Shown here in pieces: positions 29,120 to 43,954 of a stretch of 64,000 bases of DNA. Position 1 is the stretch's first letter; each line of letters starts with the position of its first letter. The translations under genes and the position numbers were made by a program. The notes beneath the pieces were generated by a model. The model saw nothing but the letters and a program-made list of their open reading frames with translations. It was not told the origin of the DNA and searched no databases. The stretch comes from Vicugna vicugna (Eukaryota), in assembly GCA_013265495.1 (NCBI GenBank), contig MU058065.1, positions 4,195,003-4,259,002 of the forward strand, read 5' to 3'.

Positions 29120-29236
29120 AGGGACGGGGTGGTGATTAGGTTTATTTACTTATTTATTTAATGGAAGTACTGGGGATTGAACCCAGGACCTCGTACATGC
29201 TAAACACACACCCTAGCACTGAGCTATACCCTCCCC
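29120..29236 (-). mobile_element. tRNA-derived SINE (vic-1-like)
   Basis: gtactggggattgaacccaggacctc...tgagctataccctcccc. Confidence 0.9.
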
Positions 29237-29288
29237 TTCATAACCCTCTTAAATATAAATCTTTTCATGTTATAGAAGAGGAAATTGT

Positions 29289-29445
29289 GGGGTGGAGGGT
29301 ATAGCTCAGTGCTAGAGCACATGCTTAGCATGCACAAGGTCCTGGGTTCAATCCCCAGTATTTCCATTAAATAAATAATATAATATAATATAATATCATA
29401 TACCTAATTACTTCCCCCAATCCTGCAAAAATAAATTAAAAAAGG
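29289..29445 (+). mobile_element. tRNA-derived SINE (vic-1-like)
   Basis: ggagggtatagctcag...gtcctgggttcaatccccagta, AT-rich middle, cctaattac, A tail. Confidence 0.9.
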
Positions 29446-30884
29446 AAAAGAAAAGGCAGTTGATACTCAGAAAGGTGTAGTACTTGTCCAGGGCCATTGT
29501 ATTGCGTTAGTGGACTGACAGCCAGGCGTAGCTCTCGGGCCACTGTCTGTTGCGTTATCTCTCTCTCTCTGCCTCTCCTGTTGGTGATTTCACTCATGTC
29601 GCAACATTGCCTCTGGCTATGTCCACTGGCCTGGGCAAATTACTATGATTTTCTCCTACTTTGTGGTACATTATAATTAGGGTGATGACCATAGAGCTCG
29701 ATTTGCCTGGATGGTTTCAATTGTCACACGTATTTATTAATATCATATCTCTAATCTCACTCTCGGGAATGTCCTGGTGTGTGGAGATCAGTCATGGTCC
29801 CCCCGGCACAGCACGGAACCGTTCCTCATTGCGTGTGGGCTCCTACAAGTGTCATCCTGTCAGTGCTTTTTGGTCCTGAGTCTGTTTGATTAGAGCAGGG
29901 AATTCCATCTTGAAGAAGTTAAATCCACCACAAACACTCATCCCTGTTGCTCCGATGCACATAAACAAACGTACGTCTAGACACGCCCACTGCACCCTGT
30001 GTAACAGTATACCTCAAGCTTTGCAAACTTCAGCTTGGCCTGAGCAAAGTCTAAATTCCCAGAATTCTTTCCTTCCCTGGCTTTTGATTTTGGAAGTCGA
30101 TCAAGACGGACCTCTTGTCCACTGCCGTTTGACTCTGTGTGTGTCCACATGCCAGACTCAGAAACACATGGGAACTACATGCATCAGTATATAGCCATCT
30201 GATAGTGGGGAGGGTGGAGCACGGTGAGGAGTGTATAGAAATCACACGGGTTTATGCTTCTGTTATTACACATTTCTGCATTTGAACTTTTTACAGTGTA
30301 TAAGAACAACTTCTGGCATCGGAAAATAAAGATGTTTAAAAGTCCAAAAATAGGAAAAAAAATATTAATTACCTTCATCTCCAAAAAAATATTTGACTAA
30401 AATCCAGTACCACATGATGTTCGGAACCATTTTGGGAGAACCCTTGTTTACAGAAAATGGGTCTCATCTTGAGTGGCCACCAAGGTACTGGTTGGAAGCA
30501 TCCCCTGGTTGTAGTCTGGCTTTCCTTTAGATTTACTTTGTTGCATTTTAAGTTGCCCTAAATACAGCAGTCGGACAGGAGTAATTAGAAACAAGTCACC
30601 TTGTATAAGTTTTTTTCAGGTATTCTGCTGTGACTGAAAAAAAAAGAAAAAGAAAAAGAAAAAGGAAAAGCACTTGAAAATGTAATGCAGGAAGACAAGT
30701 TTTTTAAAAGCTGTAGCTATAGAAAATAGAATTGCAAGCTTGATGACTTAATTTCCTTTCTGCTTTTATTGATCACTTTATTATTTAAGGCTGATTGATT
30801 GGATTTCCAATTATGAATCCCCACCTTAGAGAATTGAGCCTGTCAGGTTACCCAGCGATGATTCCTGTCCCTTCTCCCCCATTT

Positions 30885-30886
30885 AA

Positions 30887-30919
<33 letters not shown>

Positions 30920-30925
30920 AAAAAA
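30885..30925 (+). repeat. Poly(A) tract of about 40 nt
   Basis: Directly visible. Confidence 0.9.
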
Positions 30926-33900
30926 GAATGTCACTTCCCAAGGCTGATAAACACTGCTTGGTGATTGGTCCTCAATGGATCACTTTTTAGAAAATGAAAT
31001 GTCAACCCCTTGGCCTCCTATCGATTCTTCTTTAGTGTCGGACATAAAGCTGTCACGGAAAGGCTGCCTGGAGCCAGGTAGCTGACAGGCTTTGCAGCCG
31101 CCCCTGCACACTCAGCTGATTTCTTCGCGTACCGGCTGTGCGCTCTGTCAGGAGGGACTGCTCATGTTTAAATGGGATGAGAATGGACGAGGAGAGAGGA
31201 GACAGGCAGGGCCGACAAAAGTCCGGTCCGTGCTTTTAGTGAGAGTACAAATGAACGATGCTAAATGGTACTCCCCAAATCTTCTTGCCACGCCGCAGCC
31301 AGCCATATGGGAAAGCAACAGATGAAACACCCTAGCCTGGAAAATGATGGGGCTGCTTCTTGCTTCTCAGAGCCGTGGAGAGTTGACAACAGAATGGATG
31401 CTCGAGACAGACCCCTTACGGGGTGACTTCCCACATTGCTGATGACAAGTGAGATTTTTTTTTTTTAAGAGGTAGATGAGCAAAGACCCACTCAGAGAGA
31501 AGAGTTTCAGTCCTTCCAATCACCTCAAAAAAAACAAAATCTGTTTGGTGCTAATTTTTCATTTAAGCAAGAGGAAATGACCTCAGGCACACAACTAATA
31601 TCTTGCTAGATTTTTTTTTAATAGAAATTGTTTCCTTGATTTCATTATATTAACTTTATACTGAGAAGCCTGAGCTTGAAGCCAACCAGAGTAATCTCTA
31701 ACTTTCCCAATTTTCTTTTGCCCAACTGAGAAGTATAAACATTTGGGGGGGTCTCAGTGAAAGAATCAAACTCCTAAGTTTATAAATTTTATTTACACAT
31801 TTAAAATGATATAATAGACAGAATACAATGAGTTAGATACAGTGTATGTTTTTACCACCCCATTATGTTGAGCAGACTAACTTACATTTTTTTAGAGGCA
31901 TCTTTGATCAGTGTCTTCCTCGTCCCTTGTCACTTAAATTATAATTTAAGGATTCTGTTAGCTTTTCAGAGCACATAATTGTACCTGCTATCTGGGTTGT
32001 TTAAGGTGCCGCTCTTCCTGTAATTACGTGATGCTGTCCCTAGGAATCATATCCTAAACCACAGATGCGCACTGTCTTGGCAACGTGGCATCATTTCCTC
32101 ATACTCCTGTAGGTATCCATTTGTGATCTCCACAGTGTAACCATGTTATTGCTTTTTAAAGTGATTTTTGGAAGGACTGTGAACAGTAACATTACAAAAT
32201 GCAATGATATGGTCATGCCCTTCAGGACTAATGATCAACTGGGTTTAATTCCTCTGACAACCCTCCCACTCCTCCTTTATACTAATGATTTTCATCAGTT
32301 TGTCTCCAGAAGCATCCTGAACAGTGTGAATTTCGGTTGCTTTAGGCTGGTGTGTCTTCTCCAAGTAGCATTTCACTGTTTAATATGAGAAACGTTTTTA
32401 AGAAAGAACTAGAATACAAGACGAGTCCCTCAGTTCTAAAGGATAGTTTGTGATCAGAGACAAGTATTGTCTGATAACCAGCCATGGTGGCTTTTCTACC
32501 GACCTTCTGTTGATTACTGGTGCTGCTGGGTTGCCGTTTATGTTAGGGTTATAAAGTACCCCCCTTTCATCAGAATCAAAGAGAAAAAGGGAATTGATTT
32601 TAAGAAAAAAAAAATGAAGCGGCTATGGCAGAATTTGTGGAGGAGGTGCCCAGATGGCTCAGATTTGGGGAACTCTTGGCATCTTGTATGTTAGGAACTT
32701 GAAACCTGGAGACAAGGGTAGGCAGTTAACTACACCAAGGTCACACAGCCAGTTGCCTGATCAGGACAGGAGTCCATCTCTCCTGATTTCCAATATTGGC
32801 ATTCATAGGTTCTCTTAATGTCTTTTGAACTGAAAAAAATGACTTACCTCAAAAGTTCACATCGACAGTTGAAGCACACCAGAATTCTCCCCATCTCCCC
32901 CGTGATGTTGGTACCATTCGCAGACTGATTTAACGTGCAAGCTGACACGCGCCATAAAGTCAGACTCTGCAAGTTGGTTTTGTCTTCTTCTGAAGGTTAA
33001 GATTTCCTACTTTGGAGCGGGAACTGTTCCCATCATGCTAAAACGGTTACCATTCAGTCTATATCTGTCTTCCCCTGGTGTCCTAATTGGAATATTATGA
33101 TCACATAAGAATGAATACACTTAAATGTTAGCCTAAATTGGCTCTGACGAAGTCATGTAAATTCATACAATTAGAGGGCAGATGGTTCTGCGGGAACATT
33201 TCTACACAACTTGTGTGCAAATCAAGCGGTTCAGTTCCAACCATTTCAGAATGTAGCCCAGGAAGAGCGTTGAGCCATCATTCGGTGCAAGAACAATGAC
33301 AGCTTAAGGAAGGGGAAGAAGAAGGATGGCTTCGATGAATCTTCACGGGTGATGCCATTAAACACTGGAAAGGGTCCTCCTGGAGCCGTGCTAGTTATTA
33401 CATTGCTTTATCTTCTTTAATCTGCAGTTGAGCTGAATAAATTACTTACCTTTGGCTAATTAGTTTTGGAACAGTGAACCGCATCAATCAAATCCATCCA
33501 CTTGATCAGGGAAGTCAGTATTTTAATGCAAGTGGGGTTCATGCTGGGTCCCTGCGATGTTTGCCTCCACTATTTTGTTTGTCTTATCCAATAGTCAAGG
33601 TACCAGGAACAACACATAGTTTGGAAGGCAGCACTGGGGGACCCCTGCTGCTCCTCGGCATTGTTTGTTAATACCTTCAGCCCCTCCCTTTGGCGGAGTG
33701 CCGGCTTAGCCGAGAAATTTGCAAAGTTTCATTTGAAGAGGAGGCTTTTTGCTTTAACGCCTGCAATGGAAAGTTTCCGTGTTTCCTTCTGGAGGAATTC
33801 ACTCAGCAACCACTCCCCTCCTTCCCTTTATTAATCAGCTTGCCCACCTCTCAGTAATTAGAAAACCTTCCACAAAGGTTTTGTTCTGCCATTCAGGTGA

Positions 33901-34459
33901 TCTGCCTGGGATGTCAGTTTCGGCTGCATGGTTTCCTCCGGGCTGGCCGGCCGGGTAATCAGCCTCAGTGGGCTTTCTTTCTCAGGACAATAACGGACAC
34001 ATTGTCCCACCCTGAGCCAAAGGAGAAAGGGTCATCAGGTGACAAAGGTAGAGCGGGACTCAGGCTTTTTAGTTTTCAAGGTATTATTAAGTAGCTAATA
34101 GGCTACAATTAGCCTTTGAACAATAATCCTTGTGTTTTTTTTAATCTGCATTTCCTGTTCCCTACTAGGGTCTTCTCCTCCAAGTAACACTCCGGGGAAA
34201 GAAATTTCTTTAAAAATACACCTTCTTCTCTAATTGACTTCCTCCTTCTATGTTTAGAAGTCAGAGGAAGGGATGGGCGTGTCAGCCTTATAATTAATGA
34301 TCTCTGCCATTTTGCGTTTCCTCTGGCTTTGCCCATGTTTAATGAGTGTGTTGTTGTAAAAAGGGTTAACGGCTCTCCTAGGCCCCTTGGGGCTGCTTCT
34401 GACTTTTGGTATCTGCCAGGGATTTTGACGAGCTTACTGACAATTTCAAGTTGGGGCAA

Positions 34460-34648
34460 AATACAAACTACTGTATACAGAAAAGATAAACAACAAGGGC
34501 CTACGGGATGGCACAGGGAACTATATTCAATAGATTGTAATAACCTATAATGAAAAAGAATGTATATGTCTAACAGAATCACTGTGCTGTACACCAGAAA
34601 CGAACAACATTATAAACCCACTATACTTCGAGGAAGGAAGGAAGAAAA
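34460..34648 (+). mobile_element. L1 3'-end fragment with degenerate TSD
   Basis: gataaacaacaagg..cacagggaactatattcaata..taacctataatgaaaaagaa; flanks aagttggggcaaaa / aagttggtacaaaa. Confidence 0.85.
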
Positions 34649-35984
34649 GTTGGTACAAAAACTTCTCTGCTCTGTGCATTTTTTTCCCTTTAAAGGAAAG
34701 ACATTCAAATCAGTATTCGAGATCTAAAGCGGTTTAAAAGATATACTTGTAATTTTAGATCATGCTTTTAGGAATTCTGATAAGATATAATCTCTCAAGC
34801 TGGCAGGACCCTATCACACCCTTGGGACCTAGCCACGCGTTTCCCTGACACAAAATGCTGTTTTCACAGTGCCTGACCTAACTCTCTTATATTTCCTTTA
34901 AAAGGGGAGGCGAGGGGGAGACATGGAGGGGACTACATCTTTCATACAAATGTTTGGTTTCAGGATGTTTAAACCTATTTAACTTCAATAAAGCAATGGG
35001 TTTTGAGTGCAAGTGGAATCCAGTTTAAGTGTACTTACTGATATAAAATGTGATGTTACTTGTAATTAGCTCTCACTAGGTGTCATCATATAGTTCATCT
35101 CCACCGTGAGAGGCATGTGAGGCAGAGAGCTGGACAAGACAGACACATGCCCCTGCTACTTGCTAAGAGGCGCATGGGTGAATCACTTAACCCCTGCCCC
35201 CATGTCCTCATCTGTACAGTGGGACCAAGCATGTGTCTGTCTGCCTGATTGCTTTCATAGGGTTGTTGTCAAGATGCGATGAGATGATAGATGCGACGGA
35301 TCTAAAAAATTAAATGCAAAGTAAAAATGCTAGCTATAATTTGGGACTGAATTCCAGGCACTTCGAAGTGAACTCCAGTAACTGAGGCCTCTGTTTACTA
35401 AGCTGGTTCCTGCTTTGCAAACAGTTAGGGGAGGAGATAACATGTGAGGAGAGCACTTTGAAAAGTTAAGTGCAGTGTAAAGTGCAAGGTATTATTATTC
35501 GCAAAGGAATTATACACACGGAGGAACATCTGTAGGCTCTGAGGGGCTGATTGCAGCGCGGGTTCCTGCCTTGTTGACACTTAGGAGGGGAATATGGGGG
35601 AGGAGCTGGGACACATGGCCGTGATTGGGCTGCCTCTGGTGGCCCCCCCCCTTCTTTTCCATGATCACCCAGCCCTCCTCTACTTGTTCAAAGTTCAGGG
35701 ATCCAGGGTATCGGATTCGGACAGGGCCACACTGCTGAGACCCACTGTGGCCGTCAGGGAGTCTTTTGTCCCCACAGAGCCCTGGTTTCCTCACGTGTAA
35801 GAGTCTTGACTTACTTTGTCTTTAAAGCTCTAAGAAAATTACAAGACGATTGTAAACTTCAAAGTAAATTTGACGTTTTTGACCGATATGTAAATGTACA
35901 CATTTTATTCACTAAAATGTTCTTATCTTCCCAAACTTTAGAGCGTTCTAATATCAACTGAGTTGATTTTCCAATTTACCTAAA

Positions 35985-36036
35985 CATACGTACACATACA
36001 CACACGTAAACATGCACATATATATATATATATATA
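35985..36036. repeat. (CA/TA)n microsatellite
   Basis: Directly visible. Confidence 0.7.
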
Positions 36037-36639
36037 AAATGTGTCAAGATTACTGATTCAAGATTTATATATATTCAAGATTTCTTTTTCCCAAGACTTT
36101 TATAACCAAGCCAGATCTCACTCCTGTTGGGCACTGAGAGCAGAATGCCAACTCTAAACCGTACATCGTTTTTTGGAAAAAGGAATTAGGCTACAAATGG
36201 AAATTTATTTTTACTCTTGCCCAAGTTTTCTACAAACTCTTAAGGAACGTAATCCAGTGCCAAGCAAATATTTACCTTTTAAATGGTCATTAATAATTTA
36301 GGAATTTGTATGCAGCGGCTGAAGCCAGTGACCACAAAGCTATTGTTTTAAGAATACCATATAATATGATAATGAAGTTTTTTTATGGTAGTGGTTATTG
36401 TGTTGATAGCAACAGGGTTTATTATTACTTATCACATGCTGATTGTTACTGCTATTTGATTTATGTAGAATTCACCTGGGGAAACGTACTTTAATTCAGA
36501 ATATATATATGTGTGTGTGTATATATATATGGAAATTAGCCGATAAACTTATAATCTGTTTTCAATAAAACAGATTTCTCCTGGGGATTTAAAATTATAA
36601 TTATATTATAAAAATGTTTGCTTTATCACCTCAGCTTAA

Positions 36640-36800
36640 TACTGTGATTAAGAGCAGAGGTTCTGACTAGCAGTGCTTGAAACCATTATTTACTACCAAG
36701 GTGACAAGTCTTCATCCTGTTATTTCACCTCCCACAAACCTCAGTTTTCTCATCTGTGAAATGGGCATGCAATATCTGCCTGACTTACATGATGGTAGCA
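36640..36800 (+). mobile_element. MIR SINE just upstream of the exon 9 acceptor
   Basis: cctcagttttctcatctgtgaaatggg core. Confidence 0.65.
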
Positions 36801-36852
36801 AAGAGCTTGTGGCTTACAGCTTTTGAAAATGTTCTTTTTTAACTTTCAATAG

Positions 36853-36911
36853 ACGGAGTAAATACAGCAAAGCAAAACAAGAAGCAGATGAAGAGAAACA
36901 TTTGAATCAAG
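36853..36911 (+). CDS. EPHA4: EPHA4 exon 9 (59 nt), juxtamembrane: RSKYSKAKQEADEEKHLNQ(G)
   Basis: ctttcaatag acceptor; AAG|gtacag donor; keeps frame between exons 8 and 10. Too short to appear in the ORF track. Confidence 0.96.
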
Positions 36912-37444
36912 GTACAGAATAATTTTATTTTTAGAGCACGTCTCATGTTTTCTGTTTCAAAATGTCTAAATAATATTCCTGTGGCCATTAATATTATATT
37001 CCTTTCATGGAATTATCCAAATAATGTACTTCATAATGTACTTCAGGGTAGCAAATTGAAGTAGGTGATTTGTGATTGTTTAAAGTGAGATTAAAGATGG
37101 ATATTGGAGAATCTCTTCAGATTCTTCATTTTCCTTATTTTATCCTTCACCCTGAAAATGTATTGGTCGAGCTGGCTCAGTTTTGCAACTGGGTGGCAAG
37201 ATTTAATAGGTAACAGTTTTTCTCATGCTACGAGGTAAATCTGGGGAGACAAACAGAATAAGGAATCGAACACACCGCAGAATATTGCTACGGAATTCGG
37301 AACAATCATTATTTCTTCAGTGGATTCTGGTTACTCTGATGTTCCAAATGAGGTCGAAGATTAAATTTAGAGAGTCAGCTCTGAATGACCTGAGAAAGAT
37401 GGAAGACTCTGAAATGGACAGTGGTGGCTGACGCCCGGAGCACT

Positions 37445-37645
37445 CCCTGTCCAGTAGAACTTTCTGAGACAGTGGTAGAGTTCTTGACCTGCACCATCTA
37501 AATGCATTAACCAATAACCACATGCGCTATTGGATACTTGAAAAGTAGCTAGTATGAAGGAGGAGATGAATTTTAAATTTTATTTAATTTTAACTAATTT
37601 ACATTTAAATAGCAACAAGTGGCTAATAGCCACCCTTTTAGCATA
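37445..37645. mobile_element. MER3-like hAT-Charlie element
   Basis: ctgtccagtagaactttctg...ccacatg...gaattttaaattttatttaattttaactaatt...aaatagc. Confidence 0.7.
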
Positions 37646-38644
37646 GGGAGGTAGAAGAGCACAACAATAACCTCCAGGAAGGTTTTTGGCTGGAGCATAT
37701 AAAGCAGTGAAGGGGCATGGAGTGTCTGACGGTTTTGCATTTGTTCATCTTGTTTTCCTTCCAAAACCACACTTTCTCATTTGTACAAAGTATAGATTTT
37801 TAAAAACAAAAATGCTGGGTTTTTTTTTTTTTTTTTGAGGTGAGGACAAAACTGACAGTCCTGGAAAATCAAAGGGGCTGGACCAACTAGTGTCGTGCAC
37901 CTCTCAGCATCCCACAGCCCCCAGGAGCTACAGCAGGGAAAGGAGAGGTGTGAATGCCAGTGGAAAGTTCCCACTAATACATCGTGTCCCCGACTTCTCT
38001 GGGCGGGCCGCCTCGGAGCTCACGTGTAGTTTACAAGTGACTGTGGGGTGTGGCTGAATGACACTTCCTAGTATTCAAACCATTCATAATTCGGCTACAA
38101 CATTTTCTTCCTTGGAAGCTTCCAGGTGAAATTCAGTGTCTTTACAAAACAGCACCTTCTTTCCAAAACAGAATAAATTGGAAATCCAATATAGAGTTTG
38201 TATCCTCAAATCACCTACTGGGCATTACCCTTCTTTGTCCATTTAACCTAGATCTATGTTTCTTTGTTCATTGTTGGTCCAGATAGGGGGCAAAAGGTGA
38301 CACCTTGTGACCTGGTCATTTGAGAACGTTTCTCTTATCTTCCCTAATTGAATATAGCTGGAGATGGTGGGTAGGCCGGGAGTGACTGATTGGGACAACA
38401 ATATTTAGCTAACGCATTCCAAATTTCCTTAAGAGACTCTCTTTTCCTCCATGGGATAGATTATTTTTAAAATTTCATCCTTGAAGTGTGAAGACATTCC
38501 AGGAACTCAGGAGCGCTACAGCGTCTTAAGTAGCTAACAATTCTTTGTTTACCCACTAGTGCAAACCAGAGCAAGACTTCAAACATGTTCACAGGTCTCT
38601 GCTAAGTGTTTTTCCTCATGCTAGAAGAACTTTGCCCGTGCTAA

Positions 38645-38857
<213 letters not shown>

Positions 38858-38913
38858 TAATAAGCCTGTTTTCTCTGTGGATGTTAAATATAGTAAGGGT
38901 GCGGATTATATAA

Positions 38914-39318
<405 letters not shown>

Positions 39319-40261
39319 TAGAAGTTACTGGCAAATTAAACACACATTTTCCTTCCAGGGCAATGACAGATGGAGCAAACCCACTGATTGCTAATAGGAG
39401 GAAATCAGCGCGGGACAAGTCATTAATCTTGTAGTCAGCTCGAAATGGGTCCATGGTTTAGGCTGATGCCTTATTTCCAAGGCAGCTTGTGTGAGATTTT
39501 AGGGAAATTAATACTGCAGATTTTTGGTATGCCTCGCCATCTTTCAAATCTTTGCTAGACTCAACTGATTGTCACAGGGTAGGCGCAAGCAGATGGGAAG
39601 CAAAATAAATTTTAAATACTTTTCGTATAAAACACAACAAAACCTCACCACACCTTGTTCTGGAAGCTTCCGTTCCAGACGCAGGGAGTGAATCTTAGGA
39701 ATCTGTTATGTTGGGGGATTTGCTTGTCTGCTCTGCTTGATTTATAGCAGTCGCAGTTCAGCACCTATTTACAGTAACACTGGTTGAACCTTCCTTTTTT
39801 AGTCCATTAGCATTCGCTGAGCCCGTGAACCACGCTTCAGTTACAATACGACACAGCTCAACAGATGCGTTTTGCCAAGCAAGCCCTGAATACATCTGTA
39901 AGGCTGGCTAAGACCAACGGATAAAACGCCACATGAACAGGGCAGCTGAAATGGTTACGACTGAAGCTGGCTCAGCTCCAGGAGCCGCAGGACCCACTAC
40001 AGTTACTACAAGTCAAGGGTCTTGGAAGCCTGGGTCTGTGTCTCCAGGAAGTGCCGTTTAATTTGATTCCAGCTGTCCCTGAGAAGCCTCCTTCATCCAT
40101 GGGTGCAGAGTGGCTGCTGCAGTGGGTGAAGTGGAGGTGGTTAAAGAGCAGACTTCGGACATGAGATCTGGGGCAGAGGGGGTGTGAGACACAAGGGTAC
40201 ATGGGCTTCAAGAAGAGATTATAAAGAGATTACTAAAAAGCGAGAGCACGTGGACACTAAT

Positions 40262-40434
40262 TCAGCTGTCCTCAAACTTAGACGTCAGAATCCTGGGAAA
40301 CTCATTCAGACCCTTTTCCTGGACCCCATCCTCCGGGGTTTGATTCGGAGGGCGGGGCCCATGAGTTTGCATATCTAAAGAGCTCAAGTTCAACCAGACC
40401 CTCATTTCTGGGACCGCCCTTTGAGAACCATTGG
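40262..40434. mobile_element. MER5A-like hAT element
   Basis: cagctgtcctcaaactt...tttgagaaccattg terminal inverted repeats; tttgcatatctaa. Confidence 0.7.
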
Positions 40435-40459
40435 CCGGTTCACCAAAGACTTGCACATA

Positions 40460-40640
40460 GCACTTACTGCTGGTAAAGCGCGTGGTCTTGACTAGTTACT
40501 CAGCCTTTCAGTTTCCTCATCTGTAAAATAGAGATAAAAATAGAACTTGCTGTCCAAGGTTATTTTGGATCAAATATTTAGCGTGTTTAGCATGATGCTT
40601 AGCAAATTTAAAAAGAAGAAAAACTAAGTGTTAACTAGCA
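40460..40640 (+). mobile_element. MIR SINE
   Basis: cagtttcctcatctgtaaaatagagataa core. Confidence 0.7.
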
Positions 40641-43061
40641 TTGCTGTGTCTTAAGAAGCACATCTTTAAAGAAGTACATCTTTCCCCATCTTAGGAATCC
40701 TTCAAAAAAGGAACCTTGGTGATGAGGATATATAAACTTCCACCTAAGGTGAAGGCTATAATTAGCATAGAATAGCTCTCTTTGCTTCTTAAGATTAGTT
40801 TTACAGACAGGATATTTTTTCTCTTGCCTGCGGCCTTCGGGGCTGCCCAGAGCCCTCCACTACTTTAATTAAAAGATAACATTCCTTTTAAATGCTTCTG
40901 CAGGTCCATTTTCTCAAAAGGAGGCTCTGTTCAGCGTGGGGTGTTTTTCCTGGGGCAGACAGTTGATGTTCGTAGCACCTCGGCAGAAGAGAGGAGGAAC
41001 AGGGGATCTTTGTGTTAAAGTCCCACCGCGCCTCTAAAACACGTAGCTATTACAGCTGTAACTGTTATAAACGACTGGATGCATTTGCATAATGCAGTTG
41101 TCACTGAATTTAAATGATTTAAAATTTCCACCGGAGGAGCTGTCCCCTCTCCCCTCTTTCTCCTCCCAGCTGCATCCCTGCCTGTTTCAGGGAAGAAGCT
41201 GCCTTCATCTGGGAACCCCGCCTGGGACCATAGTATAAGCCCCTCTGCTTGTAGAGACATTCATCTTTATTTCTCTTGTAGAGCAAAGAAAGATTCTGAC
41301 AAATGGCTGTTTTGAATAAACATAAACAGGAATGTAGAAAGATCAAGAAGTCGGACTAGGGAGATGTGAAAGTGAAAAGATGGAATGCAAGAGTGGGAAT
41401 TCATTACCAGCAGTTCCTTGAGGAACTTTTTAAATGGACAGGGAGGTGATAAATTCTTGCCACTACCCCCCTCTCTTCTGGATCTTCTGCTGTCTTCCCC
41501 GCACTTCAGAGGGATCCGGTGAAATGCAATGAGGTGTTAATACACCACCAAGAGAGTCACCCTTTCTCATCCGTTGACAAGGTATCTTTTGATGGAGGCA
41601 GGTTAATTAAAACTCATTTAGATGCATTTGTTCTCTGTGGTCACAGATGCAGAGGGCAAATGAATCTGGGGACCGAGAGCTTCCCATTGATATTTGATGG
41701 AGGATGGAAAGGTGTACCGGGACCACTTCCTCCAGCCCCGAGGGAAGAGACTAGAAGTGCTTTCCTTCATCCTTTGGTCTACACCAAGATTTTCTGCTTT
41801 CTCTGCCAGCTTTCATTCATCACTTGAAAATAAAATGTCTAACGCATGGTTTTTTCATCCAACATTTTTGCCTCTGAAAGGTTCTTGGGCATGACACCCA
41901 ATGCACAATCAAAACACAAATTGATAAATGGGACTTTCTTTGAAATTAAAACCTTCTACCCTTCCAAATGTTTGCCTCTGAAATGAAGACATTTCCCCAT
42001 TCCCCACATCAGCACAGAGTCTAATCTGATAGGGGCTCTGGGTGGGAAATGTGTTTGCTTTGAATAATTATGGGGGTTTTCCAGCAGCGACACATCCCAG
42101 CCCATTTTCCCTGACTGCATGTCTAAGTCCAAACAGGCCACAGGGGATGGCAGTGAATATTTTTGATTTATCAAATTAAATTCTTTTCCTCCCAGAGACT
42201 CCTTTATGTTCTCTTTGCTTTAACCCTTCCGTTAGTAAAATATTGAAGATTTTCCCCCTCACCCCCACCTGACTCCCACAAATACCCTTTAGAAAGAGAA
42301 TTTCAGACCTTGAGTCCATAGCAATTAAGAAACTGAAGAATGATTCTGATTTCCTAAGGTCCTTAGAAAGAAAACTAAAGTGAAATGAAAGTGTGATTTC
42401 CTCCACTTCTCCCAAACCTTAAAATCATTTTGATGTCTTTGCTTAAAAAAGGGAATGGGGCGTATCAGTGTTCAAGTACTCAATTAACATCGCGATCTAG
42501 GATGAAATAACTTATTGAGCCTTCTCTGTGATTTTGTTGTTTTTGTTGCTGAAGTCGGCAGCCTAAGGAAGCAGATAGAATAAGTTTATTTATAGACAGA
42601 GAAAAGAAAGAATATTGCCGCTGAGCTGAGCGAGGCAGGAGGAAAGAGGTTAATATTGCACATGCTTGAGTTTTAAGATGTGTCTGGGGAATGACGTATC
42701 CAGTATAGCTACCGCTCCCAGTAACATGGGTTTCTCTAAATAGGTAAAAAAAAAAGTTTCTCCATTCATTGATTTCTTTAACATTGCGCAAGTGGCTCTT
42801 CTGGGGACAAAATAAATGAATTATCCTAAAGATTTGTTTCTCCTTTAAATGGGCCTGCCCATTTATCTTCTCTGTTTGCTTGAGAGTGCAAATGCCGATT
42901 CATGTGTTCCCTGGATACCGGAGGCCACTTTTGTTAAAGACCTTATCAACAGGCCGCCCAAAGGGTTAACCTTCCAGATGGAATTTAAACCTGCTCGTCC
43001 TTTTAATATTTCATTCCTAGCTCCCCACAGCTGAGGCACAAGCTTGGCTTGTTTTAATTAA

Positions 43062-43376
<315 letters not shown>

Positions 43377-43633
43377 TGATTTTTAAAGGCTATTCAATTA
43401 TCCATGTTCAGGGAGGGTAGTACTTGATTTATTCTTGTATCGTGGGGCTGTTTGAGCCATAGATTCATTACAGTTGGAGAGTTTCCATCTATCACAGGAA
43501 GCGAACCCACTCCTAGGATATACGCCACTGGTGAATTAGTGGCTTTGGTCAGAAAGGCCCGGAAATAATATTGAGTTTCACTGCACACCGGATACAGATA
43601 TCAGAAAAGATCCAAGTAATAAATGCTTGGTGA

Positions 43634-43954
<321 letters not shown>

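Noticed and set aside
30885..30925. Poly(A) tract as a processed pseudogene tail
   Set aside because: No upstream coding or retroelement body and no clear TSD; treated as a simple repeat and an oligo-dT priming artefact risk.
37021..37044. Exact 12-bp tandem duplication ATAATGTACTTC x2
   Set aside because: Ordinary slippage duplication; only two units and no spacers, so not an array.
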